A stretch of DNA of 64,000 nt from Antechinus flavipes (Eukaryota), in NCBI RefSeq assembly GCF_016432865.1, contig NC_067399.1, positions 407,898,001 to 407,962,000 of the forward strand. Direction: 5' to 3'. Shown in pieces: positions 1-12,319 of this stretch (positions within the stretch are counted from its first letter, which is position 1; each line of letters opens with the position of its first letter). The notes beneath the pieces are model-generated. The model ran no database searches. It had not been told where the DNA came from and saw only the letters and a list, made by a program, of their open reading frames with translations. Both the position numbers and the translations under genes were made by a program.

Positions 1-105
1 GGCTAGTGACAAATCATTGCACTTCATGGGGCCTCATTTTCTTTATCTGTAATGTGAAGGGGTTCAACTCCATGACCTTTAAGATCCTTTTCTAGCTCTT
101 AATTT
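1..105 (+). mobile_element. MIR/MIR3-type CORE-SINE, 3' fragment
   Basis: gggcctcattttctttatctgtaatgtgaaggg...gacctttaagatccttttctagctct resembles the CORE plus L3-like tail. Confidence 0.65.
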
Positions 106-271
106 GAATCTAAGAACTTGGAAAAATCTGATTAAGATAAGTGTTTTGAGATAGATTGGATTAATAATTGCCTTTCTATGTTAGTGGAAGAGAAGGGTTC
201 AGTGTGCAAATAGTATTTAATTATGTAATATTTACTTAGCATTTTTCTTTAAATACTTATTAATCATTAAT

Positions 272-402
272 GTTGTCTCTCTCAATAGAATACAAGCTCC
301 CTGAGAGTAGGAAATATTTTATTCTATGTATTTACATATCTAACACCCCCCACAGAGTCTGACACATAGGAGGCACTCAAGAAATGTATGTTGATTGATT
401 GG
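272..402 (+). mobile_element. L2 LINE 3' end
   Basis: tagaatacaagctccctgagagtagg...tctgacacataggaggcactcaagaaatgtatgttgattgattg, the typical L2 terminus with a short tandem tail. Confidence 0.75.
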
Positions 403-1599
403 ATTAGGGTATATCGAGTCTACACACTTGTCCTAAGACTCACTGCATTCTCACTAAAATCATTTATTCCCTCATTAGAAGCTCCTACTTCACACTGACT
501 CAGTTCTCTTGGTCTGCAGCCATTTATGAATTTCCAGGGACTAGCAATGCATCTATGCTCTATCCTTCAGCACACTCAGTCAATTTCCAAACCCTCCATG
601 ACTACCACTAACTAGCCTTGAGGCTATATTCAGATTCACTTACATAGTCCTGGGCAATAATTGGCAGCTGCTATTGCCCCCAGTAGCCTCAGGCTCACAG
701 CTGTTCCTGCTTTTCCCCAGGCTCCTCAACATCTGGCAAAAGTCTAATAGTAATAGAGTATACTGTAATAGAACATATGTCATATCACTTTTGACATGTA
801 TGTCATAGCTAAGTATCCAAATGACTCTCTTCTTCATAGGAAAAAATCAATTTGTAAAATCTTCAATTTGGATCTTGTTTGTAAGTTTTCTATTTACTCT
901 ATTTATTTGTTAAAACTAACCTCTCTGGCCTTCATTAGACTCATTAGTGCTTCTCAGTAGGAGATAATGTGCTTGAATTCAAAAGTATGAGTGAATTTAA
1001 TGCCTTCCTTTACTAGCAGGGATCCAGGCTTGCTCTCCTATTCACATAATGACAATAGTAATCAAGGAAGAGGGTATTAAGCTAACGTTTTGAAGAACAA
1101 GATAGAATTATGAACAGAATCCTCAATAATGAATGTGTTAATTGTTCTTTCTTGTTTTCATACAATTAGTCCTTACTAAGTCGAGATATACCCCTACTTC
1201 AAGATGAACCATGAAAAAATCACTGAACTTAAAAGGCACAAGTCCTATGTCAAATCCTTGCTTTAGAAGTTTAGAGGTAGTTCTAGTGTTCTCTTGAGAA
1301 AACCCCAAGATGGATATTGGAATCCACATGGGGTAGCAATGGCCAGGGAGGGCAAAAATCAGTGTTCAGACTAAAACAGCCAAAATACCCAGGGCATCCA
1401 ACATTTTTAGTACTCTATTGTGTGATGCCACAGAGTACATTGAAGATCCAACTCTTTGAACCTCAAAAGTTGAGGGGAGTTGGGGAGAGGTTATTCCCAG
1501 GATGAAGAGGAGTTTAGTATCCAAGACTTCAGATGAGTCAGAGCAAGACCAAGCAGGGTCAGCTACCTTACCCAAAAGCATAACATGGGCTGCCCCAAA

Positions 1600-3960
1600 G
1601 TTCTACTTCAGGAACTAAAGCTGAGAAGGGAGAGCAAAGCTAAGACAATATTGTTAAGTACAAAAAATTATTGTCCACATAGAAATGTCCAAATATCTAG
1701 CCCAAAAGGAAAGAGTAACTCCAAAATATCTGCGAGCAGAGATTTGAAAGAAACTGTGTATTTTCCACGATACTACATAAATACTTAGAAGAAATAAAAT
1801 AATAGAAAGAAAAATGAAAAGAGCTCTAAAGAATAGGAAGGAAAATAAATCACTTAAAACAGAAAATAGTAAGTGTTATTCAAGTAACAGACTCCATAAA
1901 AGCTAGAATAGATGAAATAGAAACCCATGATTCAACATTAGGACAATATTGAAAAATAGGAAAAAATGTAAGATATCTGATAACAAAAATAATTGAACCG
2001 GAAAACATGCCAAGGAGAGATAACGTAAGAAATATTGGATTCTCTGAAAGTCATGATTTTTTCCCCTAAGAAATCATAAGTGAAAAGTGTTCAGATCCTT
2101 TAGAATCAGAGGGCAATGTAAAGGTAGAGAGGAGATACTGATTGCCTTCTGAAAGAAGCCACAAGAAAGTCTCAGAATTCATAACCAAAGACCGGAGCTC
2201 CCACATCAAAGAGAAAATAGCATACAGAGAAATGGAAGTCATGAACCAAGAAACTACATTCAGGTTCACACAAGTCCTGTTTACTATAAAGAAGTCTTGA
2301 AATACAGCATCCCCAAAGGTAAAAGATATAGGCTTAAATGAGGGAATTTGTGTTGCTGGACTAAAGAAATGTTGGTTATGAGGGTTTTCTTTTTCATTTA
2401 AAATTGTTCAATTAGGGAAGAATGAAATAGGAAGATACATGCTTACACAAAGCAATAAATGAATGAATAACCAATGAATAAGAAAGAAAACTCTCTGGGT
2501 ATTAGTCCTTTGGTGTGAACCAATTTAAAATCTTTTGATTCCATTTCTCAAAATGCTTCTAGAAGCTCTCCTTAGGGGGGGAAACATGTAGAATTACAAT
2601 CCCCAAATAACTTATCCTGAAAAGTTGAGTATAATCCTGGGGTGGGGTGGGAGAGGAATCTTTAATGAAATAGAAACTTTACAAACATTTCTGATAAAAA
2701 GAACAGAGTTGAGTAGGAAATCTGAAGTACAAATGTAAAAATTCAGGGAAAGCAAGAAAGGTAAATTTATTTGAGCAATTAGTTATAGGATGATTGGGTA
2801 CTGATATTCTAATTGGGGAGAGGGAACAAATGTTTCCTAAGAATCTTAAGGTCTTCAAATGGTATTAAGAGAGTTAAACAGGAATGGAAGATTTAAAGTT
2901 GGGTTGGTTCTGTTCTGAGGATTTTAATAGGAGAAAAAGAAGGGAGGATAAAAGGAATACACTAGTATGGGAAGGAGGAAGAAGATGTGTGGAACTTAAT
3001 TGTTCATAACTGGAGTATATGAGAAGAGTATATAGATATGGAAGAATAAGTGAGGGGAGCAGGCATCAGGTGGACTTCATTCTTATCTGAACCAAATAAA
3101 AGGTCAATTGAACATATATATACACACATATCCAATTTAGTCTAGAAACATATTTAATTCCATAAGCAAACATATGGAGATAGGGATGGGAGGAGGTTGA
3201 AATTGAGGTTATACTGTGGGGACAGTAGTCACAAGCAAAGCAAACTTCTTTATCCTAAAGGGGAAGAGATTAAAAGGAAAAAGAAAAGAAAAGAACTAAG
3301 TTCAAAAATAGGACCAAGGGGAGTGCCTATCAATTTGAGAATGCTGAATAAATTGTTGTATATGATTGTGATGAAATATTATTGTACCAATAGAAATGAT
3401 GAAAGACACAATTTCAGAGAATCTTGGGTAGTATGAACTGACACAGAGTGAAGTTATAGAGGGAAGGGCATAAATATGTATAGAGTGACTACTATGTATC
3501 AGAGTACTTTACAAATATTATCTCATATAACCAGTGTAACAATGGTATGTGATTAGTATAACAAAGGCACCATGTGTAAGGACAAACTATACAAAAAACC
3601 AACTTTGAAAGATTACATAGTCACGATCTGGCCATTTTGCTTGATTATACTTATATGTTAAAAAAGCTTAAAGTTTTCTCTCTGCGTCTGTCTCTTTCTT
3701 TGTGTCTCGGTGGTCTCTTTCTCATTGTCTCTATCTCTCAGTTTTTAATTGGGAGGAGGAAAGGATAGTATATTCATTTACATATATATATTTCTTATAT
3801 CATAAATGAATATTTATTATATATTTAAAAATAAGCATTATGAAATAGAGATTCATAGTTACATGCATTTATTCTTATTCTGCTTTTTAAATGGAAATGC
3901 TCCTTGTGTATATGTTTTAGTTTGGAATAAAAAAAATCTAATTTCAAAAAAAAAAAAAAC
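1600..3960 (+). mobile_element. Old L1-derived element lacking most of ORF2 (HAL1-like), copy 1
   Basis: ORF1 remnant, then a purine-rich spacer (2750-3300), then directly the L1 ORF2 3'-end motif (aataaattgttgtatatgattgtgatgaaatattattgtacc), a 3' UTR and an A-tail at about 3948-3960. The 5' boundary is uncertain and may extend to about 1300. Confidence 0.7.
1995..2745 (+). pseudogene. Disabled L1-type ORF1p (RRM/CTD region)
   Basis: Manual translation gives EPENMPRRDNVRNIGFSESHD, EIISEKCSDPLESEGNVKVERR, PQITYPEKLSIIL and FNEIETLQTFLIKRTELSRK. These match recalled L1 ORF1p motifs (LENRSRRDNLRIIGLPE, PRITYPAKLS). Contains stops and a roughly 250-bp insertion. Confidence 0.85.
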
Positions 3961-3962
3961 CT

Positions 3963-4095
3963 CTGGTTCTGTCATGTATGATTTGTATAACCTTGGGCAA
4001 GTCCCTTCCCCTTTCTGTCCTTTCATGTGGTCATCTACATAATGAGGACATTCGACTAAATCATATCTAAAGTCCTTTCCTATAGGAACTCTAAA
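3963..4095 (+). mobile_element. MIR-type CORE-SINE fragment
   Basis: gtataaccttgggcaagtcccttcccc CORE motif followed by a MIR3-like tail. Confidence 0.65.
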
Positions 4096-4934
4096 GCTCT
4101 TATGAACCCCCAATGTAAAAGGAAGGAGCAAAGTTCTATAGTAGTCATGGGACTGGCTACAACGTCCTTGTTAATTGGATTGATTTATGATTCTACCCAG
4201 CTTTAAGAAACCTCCAAAGTCCAAAAGTGAAAACTGAGAAATTTGGGTGTGATTATTTGCATAACATAAGACTTCTTTATTTTGCATAATTCCCCTCAGA
4301 CATCCTTTAAGTGAACAGCTCCCCTTATAGGGAACACTTTAAAATGTTTCACATTGCAAAATTTTGATGAATTTTCTGGAACTCAACTGATATGCAAACT
4401 GAAGTATATATACATTCACCTCTTCAGTTCATTAGAGTTGTATTGTCATGATCACATTATCCATTCCCTGATTAGTAAAGGGAGTATAAGAAGGTAATAT
4501 TCATATTTTAAAAACATTCTTTCCTCTGGAATGTAAGCTTCCTGAAAGCAAAAGCCATTTCTAAATCTCTGTAACTTCATTTCCTCTGTATCCATATTGC
4601 AAATAAATAAACAAAAAATGTTTATAGAATTTAGTTGGATTTGGTCAGTTTTTTTTTGTTAAGTAGACTTTTTTTGGTGGGCATTCCTGGGATTCTATTA
4701 AAAGTTCTTTTTTATTGGAGAACATTATATTGAATTCCAATCAAATCTCTTGCAAAAAATTTTGGAAAATGGTAGCTTTGTAAATTGGGCACTGCTTGAA
4801 ACCAGAATCTTGATGTTGATTTTTTAAAAAGATTTTTTTCTTTTTAGACTCATCCTTCTTGAATCTATTTCCTTTTAGACATTGTGGCCAAGTGACCATG
4901 TATACCTTTGCCTTAAGCTCTTTGAAATCTACCA

Positions 4935-5115
4935 TCCTAAAATCTGAGACATATGTAAAAGGCAGGAAGAACTGAGTTCAAGTTTTACAACTTACACACA
5001 TTGACTCTGGGCAATTCATTTAATCATTCTATGCTCTTGGCAGCTTTCTGACACTATAAGTAGCATTGTGGAAGCAAGTTTTTTTTCCACTCATTGAACC
5101 CTCATTCCAATAAAA
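4935..5115 (+). mobile_element. Marsupial CORE-SINE (subfamily not assigned)
   Basis: B-box-like ggaagaactgagttcaag, then gactctgggcaattcatttaatc, then gctcttggcagctttctgacactataagt. Confidence 0.5.
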
Positions 5116-5159
5116 AGCATGTATGGAATACATATCTGGTTTAAATATTTGCTTTGGTA

Positions 5160-5285
5160 CTTAGTGGTGGGTGATCTTGGGCCAATAACAATCTCTCTAT
5201 GCCTCAGTTTTTTCACCTTTGAAATGAAGAAATTAGAATAGACTTTCAAAACCTTTCCAATACTAAATCTATTATCTTATGACCA
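5160..5285 (+). mobile_element. MIR-type fragment
   Basis: gtgatcttgggccaataacaatctctctatgcctcagttttttcacctttgaaatg. Confidence 0.65.
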
Positions 5286-6371
5286 TCCAGTGTTCAATCT
5301 CCTTCTCCTTTATTAAGAACAAGATCTTTTTGTCCCAGGGGTCCCACCACTTTCATATCCTTAGCTAGGTTTTCTTTGTCAGTAGGATTTAAGTAAGGAA
5401 TGGTGGGTCCCCTCATCTTCAACATTCACGAGTAACTGTGGTCCTTCAGCTTGCAACATTTCTGTCCTCTACAATGCAAGTAACTGACTTCATGTGGCCT
5501 TTTGCACAAACTTGGTGAGTGGTAAATACTTTGGAGGCTCTGCTAGTATTCCCACAAGCACATATTTTCTTTTAATTATAAAACAACAATAATTGCACAC
5601 ATTTAATAAGCACTTCATTTAAAATGAGGCAGCCCACATCTATCCAAATCATTGTAAATGAACCTATTATTCTCATTGACTAGTTGCTCCCACATTGGAC
5701 CAAACTCTGGGAAAAATACGGAGAAAGACACATTTCCTATTATTCCCTGAATATCCTTAACACAAGAAGAACAAAATTTTCCAAGCAGCCTATGAAAATG
5801 CTGCCGCCTCTACTTCTCCCTTACTTCTCTCCCTTTCCCCTTACCTCCCCCACTCCATGAATATGCACATGCTAATTTTACATTGTAACTGCTGGGTTTT
5901 CTTCACGTCAGTTGTAGCCCACACAATTTCTTTAGGGACTTTTTCAAAAGCAAATTTGAAAACTTGTCCCTTAAAAAGTTGACTCATATTAATAATGAGA
6001 TTACATTTTTAAAATGCCACATTGCCTGTTTTCCTTGGATAGGAAAATGAAACAATAGCAATAAAATAAAAACTGGAGTTATTTTATAACTGAAATGAGA
6101 AACAAACTAGCACTAGATTCTTTTGGACTTTAGGATTTAGGTCAGCCCTAGTTAGCTTTCATTTAAAATAGATACATTTTTGAGACTTCAAGGATTTTCT
6201 TGTTGTGTAGGCATAGAGACATATCCATCTATTTCCAGATAGTGAATTATAAGACATTGTACTCAGAGCTGATGTGTGGTAGGGTTGTAATGCAAAGGAG
6301 TCTCAGCTATTGCCTTTGCCTATACCCTGTATTGGCAGCTTGCTATGAAGGATGGCGCATTGTACCTGCAA

Positions 6372-6530
6372 TTGAGAATACCAGCCTCAAACATAATAGT
6401 TGTATGACTGGGCAAGGAGCTTAATCTTGTTTGTCTCAGTTTTCTGATTTGTAAAATGAACTACTGAAGAATTTTTGTCAAGAAAACTCCAAATGGGGTC
6501 ATAAAGAGCCAGACACAACGAAACAACAAC
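6372..6530 (+). mobile_element. MAR1-type CORE-SINE with RTE-derived tail
   Basis: CORE (gtatgactgggcaag...gtctcagttttctgatttgtaaaatga) plus gtcaagaaaactccaaatggggtcataaagagccagacacaacgaaacaacaac. Confidence 0.75.
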
Positions 6531-6567
6531 TAGATGGGGGAAGAGGAGACGTAAACACACGAGAGGC

Positions 6568-6785
6568 AATGGATAGAACATTGAACTAGAAATCTACAGG
6601 TGTATGTTTAAATTCTAGCTCCAATGTTCACTATTTAACCTTGAGCAAGTCATTTTATCTTATTTTATTTTATTTTTTTTAGCACTCTAAGCCTTAGTTC
6701 CTTATCTGCACAATGGAAATAACATTATCAGCATGCATAGGATTATGAAAATCAAAGATAATATATAAAAGAACTTTAGTAACCT
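6568..6785 (+). mobile_element. MIR
   Basis: tggatagaacattgaactagaaatc head, accttgagcaagtcattt core, agccttagttccttatctgcacaatggaaataac. Confidence 0.65.
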
Positions 6786-7082
6786 GGAGACACAGGAACC
6801 ATATATACAAATATGAATAAACAAATTTGGGTCCTGCCTCTCAGGTGTTTCCAATCTAAGAAACTTGAGTTGTTATAGAACTGGAGAAATTAGCAGTAAT
6901 TAAAATTTTTCCAACGTTAGTAAAAATAAAGATTATATATAATATATGTATTCATATATGTATTACATATAGACATATATACATGTATGTATCTATGTTT
7001 TTCCCCTTCAAGTTCTTCTCTCAACTTGAAATCTATCTACAAGCTCTTAGTGGTTCATGGATGCCAGTTTAAAAAGCTAGAC

Positions 7083-7565
7083 CAAAGCTTTTTAAACTGT
7101 GGGTCACAACCCCATATAGGATTATATAACTGAATATGGGGGTCACAAAAATTTGACAATAAAAGATTTCTGAATGTAATAACCAAAAATTAATTCAAAA
7201 TCCAGTAGGGGCAGCTAGATGGCACAGTGGATGGAGCATTTTCTCTGGAATCAGGAGGACATGAGTTCAAATGTGACCTCAAATACTAGCTGTGTGACTT
7301 TGGTCAAGTCACTTAACCCCAATTTCCTTGCCAAAAAAAAAAAAAGGCAAAATCAAAAACGTAAGTAATCCCAAGATGTTTCTGATAACACTTGCTCATT
7401 TTCACATTATGTAGCTTTGCTTCTGAACACATACAACACGCACATTTTGCACTGCGCAGGCGTGAATACTGCTAGAAAAACCTCAGCTCAGATTTGAGAT
7501 GGGATTGTGTAAAAGTATCTTAGGCAAAAAGGAGTCAGTAGTGAAAAAAGTTTCAGAAGCCCTTG
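7083..7565. mobile_element. hAT-Charlie-type non-autonomous DNA transposon interrupted by a WSINE1
   Basis: Imperfect TIRs (caaagctttttaaac... / ...gtttcagaagcccttg). Flanks agctagac and gtctagat resemble the 8-bp NTCTAGAN hAT-Charlie target. Confidence 0.65.
7208..7346 (+). mobile_element. WSINE1-type tRNA/CORE SINE
   Basis: ggggcagctagatggcacagtggat A box, gagttcaaat B box, gtcacttaaccccaat, A-tail. Confidence 0.9.
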
Positions 7566-8053
7566 TCTAGATCATGTTTGTTTCTCTTTGCTTGTAACAT
7601 TCTATCTGTAAAAAAAAAAAAAAAAAAAAAAAATCCAGGCTTCGCTATCTTTTCCTGTTCTTCTATGCTAACATCATTCCAAATGGGCTTCTGCTGAGAA
7701 GTGGTTCTCTGTAGAATTTTCTTATTATTTATGCAGTGGGAGATTCTTTTTAGAATTGTACTTGACTTTTTCTTTCCTATGTGCAATTGTTCCCACTGGT
7801 GATTGCTTCCTTCCTATTTACTCCTTTCCCAATAGTAATGCATGTCTGCTAATGAAAAGGAAGAGAGAAGCATTATTCTTCATAAAGTCCCATTTGCCTG
7901 AAAGCCTGGGTTTTTATATTGGGACACCCAAGTAGTGATGGCAATTAACTATAATAGCAAGAGACCTTTGGTTGATCAGTGAATCTTTTATTAGTGCAAC
8001 AGGTAGAACTGTTCTTAATGAAAATTACAGTAAATGGGATAAAGGAGTCCAGA

Positions 8054-8286
8054 CAGGGACACGCTGGCAAATGTTTTGCTCTCTGAGAAAAAAAAATGCA
8101 TCCCTAAAAATGCATCTTTTAAAGTTTAATCTGCATTATTAACATTTTTCCATCACTCTACAAATCAACAAAATAAAAATCAAACCTTGATTTGTAGCAC
8201 TTGCCAATTTCTGAGATGTAAATGTTCATAATGAAAATTTTAAAATTAGCTATGCTAGTTTAGTTGTGCTGGTTCCAGCATATAAC
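8054..8286. mobile_element. Non-autonomous DNA-transposon-like repeat (MITE), copy 1 of 3
   Basis: gctggcaaatgttt...aatctgcattattaacatttttccatc...gatttgtagcacttgccaatttctgagatgtaaatg...ccagca; homologous to 20217-20424 and 40869-41072. Confidence 0.7.
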
Positions 8287-9620
8287 AAAGTCTCAAAAAC
8301 ACTGGTGAAAAGAAAAGACCACATGTATCAAGTTCCTTCTTTGTCACTTCTAAACAAAATAGAGTAGCAATTGCTGGCTATTTATCTGGGATAGGGAGGA
8401 AACAAAGAAATCAAATTGCACACAAAAAATTATGGAGAGAATATTCTGCGTGCCTGGAAATAATGCACTGTGTGCAATTTTTATCTGGGTCATTGTGAAT
8501 TTTATGGTTGCCCATTAATTGTCTAAATACCATTGTGAGAGGAAAGGGTTTTATAGAGTTGGTTCTAGGAACCAGCTCTATCTTCCTGGAGTAATGGAGT
8601 CCCAGAAAGGCTTGGAGGACATGGCTATAAGATGTCTCAGGTAGTCAGAACAGACTTTAAAACCTATCCATCTCCTACTGTTAAAAAAGTAAACAACAGT
8701 GCCACCCAATGGCATGTGAACAATCTTCTGATTGGAAAGCAAATGGAATTTTAGAATTTTTATTAGGAAATCAATTTCATAAACTCAACAAGATTTATTT
8801 GATAGAGCAGGGCTCTATAATTTTAAATCTATCTGTATATTGGGGGGCCACGCATTTGGCCCATGACAATATCTTGCTGTGTGACTTTGGGGGAGTTCCC
8901 TGACTTTTCTGTGTCTGTTTCTGTCATTTGAAGAATAGAGAGATACATTTCCAGCTCTAGATCTTTGATCCTATTGAGTCTGCTTTGCACTTTTTGAAAT
9001 AGGTGCTAGGACCTTAATTATTGAAGAACAGGAGGGTTCCAGGTAAGATAACATCCTCATTATTATTATTTTCCTGTTAGGGGGAATCATGACTATTTTC
9101 CATCTTGGGTTAATGTTAATCTTGATGCTTTGGTTTGCATGTAGCTATAGAATCTTGAAACCACAGAGCTAAAAGGGACAAGAAGAAATTATCTAGTCCT
9201 ATCCCAGATAATCTTGCTCAGTTTGTCATTCTTTTTCAAAGATAGCTCTCAATTAAATTGTTTCTTCTGAACCCTTTTCCTTCCCTCTTGGCTCTATTCC
9301 TCAAGAAATCTACAGTCTTCATCTAAGATTTGCTATGATTTTCTCTTCAGACCTGTCCTCAAATTCTGGAATTTCCCCTTTCTCTTCCCTATAGCAATGT
9401 TTATCCTTTTCCCTGCTAGCTAGGTACCATGTTTGGAAGCAAAGATTAATATCTTATCCCTCTATGAAATTTACATTTTAAAGACTATTCCTGGAAATGT
9501 ACTTAAATCCAAAAAGATAGTGGCCACATTAGTAACCAAGGTATGCAGGGAGAAGACATATTTTGCAATAGGGGTATCTGACTCAAGCCCTTCTAATTAT
9601 ATATTATTTGTGACCATCTA

Positions 9621-9745
9621 GGGTCATAGGAACAGTTTTAGAGTGGGAGGAAAATTTAGAGGTCATCTGATCCAATCTTCTCATTGTTTAGATAAAGACA
9701 TTGGAAATTAGAAAGATTTTGATTTACCCAAGGTCACACAAGGTA
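9621..9745 (-). mobile_element. MIR3-type fragment
   Basis: tttagaggtcatctgatccaatcttctcattg...gatttacccaaggtcacac. Confidence 0.65.
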
Positions 9746-10232
9746 TTTAAAAAAAATAGATTATACATGTACTGTATTTTAAACATCGTTACATATTAGT
9801 CATTTTGTGAAAAAAAAAATTAGATAGAAATGGAAAAAGCCATTAGAAAGGAAAAGCAAACAAATAAAAAAGTGAAAATTACTATATTTTGATCCATATT
9901 CAGTCTCCACCAAGTTTATTGTAACTATCTTGGATCACTGCATTGTTGAGAAGAGTCAAATCCATCACATAATCGTGTCACTCTGTATAATGTTCTCTTG
10001 GTTCTGTTTACTTTACTCTGAGTCAGCTCATGTAAGTCTTTCCAGGCTTTTCTGAAATCAGTCTGCTCATTATTTCTTATAGAATAATAATATTCCATTA
10101 CATTCACATACATAATTTATTTAGCTATTCCAATTTATGGGTATCTAATCAGTTTCCAGTTCCTTGCTACAAACATTTTTACACGTGGGTCCATTTCCCT
10201 CTTTAACAGTCTCTTTGGGATACAGACCCAAG
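9746..10232 (-). mobile_element. L1 3' fragment (ORF2 C-terminus plus 3' UTR)
   Basis: The minus-strand ORF 9925-10113 (MYVNVMEYYYSIRNNEQTDFRKAWKDLHEL) parallels the C-terminus of the L1 ORF2 at 50333-51124. Confidence 0.9.
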
Positions 10233-10244
10233 ATACAAAACCTT

Positions 10245-10568
10245 TTAAAATGCAGTCCTTTCCCTGAAGGGACTTATCTATTTAGGGAGACAAGACATTT
10301 GTGTAAAAGATAAAAGCCCAAGGCAGTATGTGACAAATGTCCAACTATCAAATCAGCTATTCCTGAGGAAGCAAGCCAGAAGTTAGGATCAAAATGGAAG
10401 GAAACATCAGAAATAGAATACAAAGAATAACGGCTATGGAAAAATACAGAGGGAGATTACTATAGGCTAGGGAAGCTTCATGGAAAAGGTGAGCCTTGAA
10501 TTGGCTTTTATTGAATATAAGATTCATTCATTCATTCAGTCATTCAGCTTGACAAAGTACTGATGTTG
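10245..10568 (-). mobile_element. L2 fragments
   Basis: gtcctttccctgaagggacttatctatttagggagacaagac and gggaagcttcatggaaaaggtgagccttgaa; ends in a cattcattcattc tail. Confidence 0.55.
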
Positions 10569-10855
10569 NNNNNNNNNNNNNNNNNNNNNNNNNNNNNNNN
10601 NNNNNNNNNNNNNNNNNNNNNNNNNNNNNNNNNNNNNNNNNNNNNNNNNNNNNNNNNNNNNNNNNNNNNNNNNNNNNNNNNNNNNNNNNNNNNNNNNNNN
10701 NNNNNNNNNNNNNNNNNNNNNNNNNNNNNNNNNNNNNNNNNNNNNNNNNNNNNNNNNNNNNNNNNNNNNNNNNNNNNNNNNNNNNNNNNNNNNNNNNNNN
10801 NNNNNNNNNNNNNNNNNNNNNNNNNNNNNNNNNNNNNNNNNNNNNNNNNNNNNNN
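10569..10855. other. Assembly gap (N run)
   Basis: N run. Further gaps at 26108-26269, 36003-36165, 54131-54338, 54676-55054, 55731-55878 and 56758-57384. Confidence 1.
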
Positions 10856-10888
10856 CCCCCCCTCCTTTCTTCCCTAATGTTGTATGTG

Positions 10889-10923
<35 letters not shown>

Positions 10924-10945
10924 GTATGACTCTGTGTGTGTTTAT

Positions 10946-11085
10946 GAATTGGCGTTAAGTTACTTGCCCAGGGTCACACAGCTAGGAAATGTTAAGTGTC
11001 TTTATTAAGACACGTTAAGGATTTGAATTTAGTTCCTCCTGACTTCAGGGCCAGTGTTGTATCTACTGCACCATCTAGCTGCCCC
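10946..11085 (-). mobile_element. WSINE1-type SINE with an internal fold-back insertion
   Basis: ttaagttacttgcccagggtcacacagctaggaaatgttaagtgtct...ctgcaccatctagctgcccc. Confidence 0.9.
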
Positions 11086-11086
11086 C

Positions 11087-11480
11087 TGTTCATAATTTCT
11101 TACAGAACAATAATATTCAGTTACATTCATGTGCTATAACTTATTCAACCATTCTCTATTTAATGGGCATCCACTTATTTCCAATTCTTTATTATCACAA
11201 AAGAGCTGTTACAAACATTTTTGCACATGTGGGTCCTTTCTTCTCTTTTATTATGTCTTTGGGATACAGACCCAGTAGTGTTTTTGGATTAAAGAATATG
11301 CATAGTTTTAGAGCCCTTTGGTCATAGTTCCAAATTGCTCTCTAGAATGGCTGGATCAATTAACAATTCCATCAACAATGCATGAGTGTCCCAGTTTTTC
11401 CACATCCCTTCCAACATCCATCATGATCTTTTCTGTTATCTTTGCCAATCTGATGGGTATTAGGTAACACCTCAGAATTG
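11087..11480 (-). mobile_element. L1 ORF2 3' fragment
   Basis: acagaacaataatattc...gggatacagacccagtagt...ccacatcccttccaacat...gccaatctgatggg, antisense L1 ORF2 C-terminal region. Confidence 0.9.
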
Positions 11481-12319
11481 ACACAAGGTATTAAGTGATA
11501 GAATTAGGAACTGAAACCTTCTCTCTTGACTCCAAATACAATCCTCTTTTCATGGTACCATGAATTATATGGAAGAATTGGTTTATCTACTACTACTGGA
11601 AATTATCAAAATTATTGAATCAACTTTTCTGTTATTGAAGCTGTCCTTGGTTATGCTTTCAGTGAGTCTACACAAAACAAATGTATATCACAATTTTTTA
11701 AAAATTAAACTACAAAAATCAAATAATCAGCTACTCTATTTCTCATCTGTATTAAGTAACTGTAGAATGTTAAGTATAAAAGAATAATAGCAGTATAGTG
11801 GTTTTCCCTCTGACCTCCTTCAAACAATATGAGAAAAATGAGATACTAATAATAACCCTCCAAGCTATTATCCATGTTGTGAGTAAATATAATTATAGAG
11901 TAAGGGAAAGCCAACTAGATTTACATAGTGCTACTTCCATAATAGAATACTGCAACATCCAAGAAAGTCTGATAGAAAACCTGAAATGATGACCAGTTGT
12001 TCTTTAGCAGTACCATAGCCAGGGTAATGTAAACGATCCAAAAAAAAAAAAAATCAAGAAATAGGGTAGCAGAGCGTTTTAGTCTAATCCCCATTGGAAC
12101 TATTTTGATAAACAACAACTTCTTCGCATTCCTAATATCACAAGAAAGCAAAATACATTGGAAGAGAGAAAAAATACTGTAACCTTGTCTGCTGAGTGTT
12201 AATTTAATTTAATTTAGTTATTAACAGGCTACTAAAGGCATTGTGGCATTTATGTAGGCTTTAAAAAAAATCTCAAAACTTTTCACTCAGTTCTGTATTT
12301 ATGTCTTAGTAAGTTCCAA

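Noticed and set aside
7440-7470. Host gene promoter or CpG island
   Set aside because: There are only three CpGs, inside a DNA transposon, in AT-rich surroundings.
7553-7786. ORF containing LQRTTSQQKPIWNDVSIEEQEKIAKPG as a possible exon
   Set aside because: It runs into a poly-T tract with no donor site and no recognisable homology.
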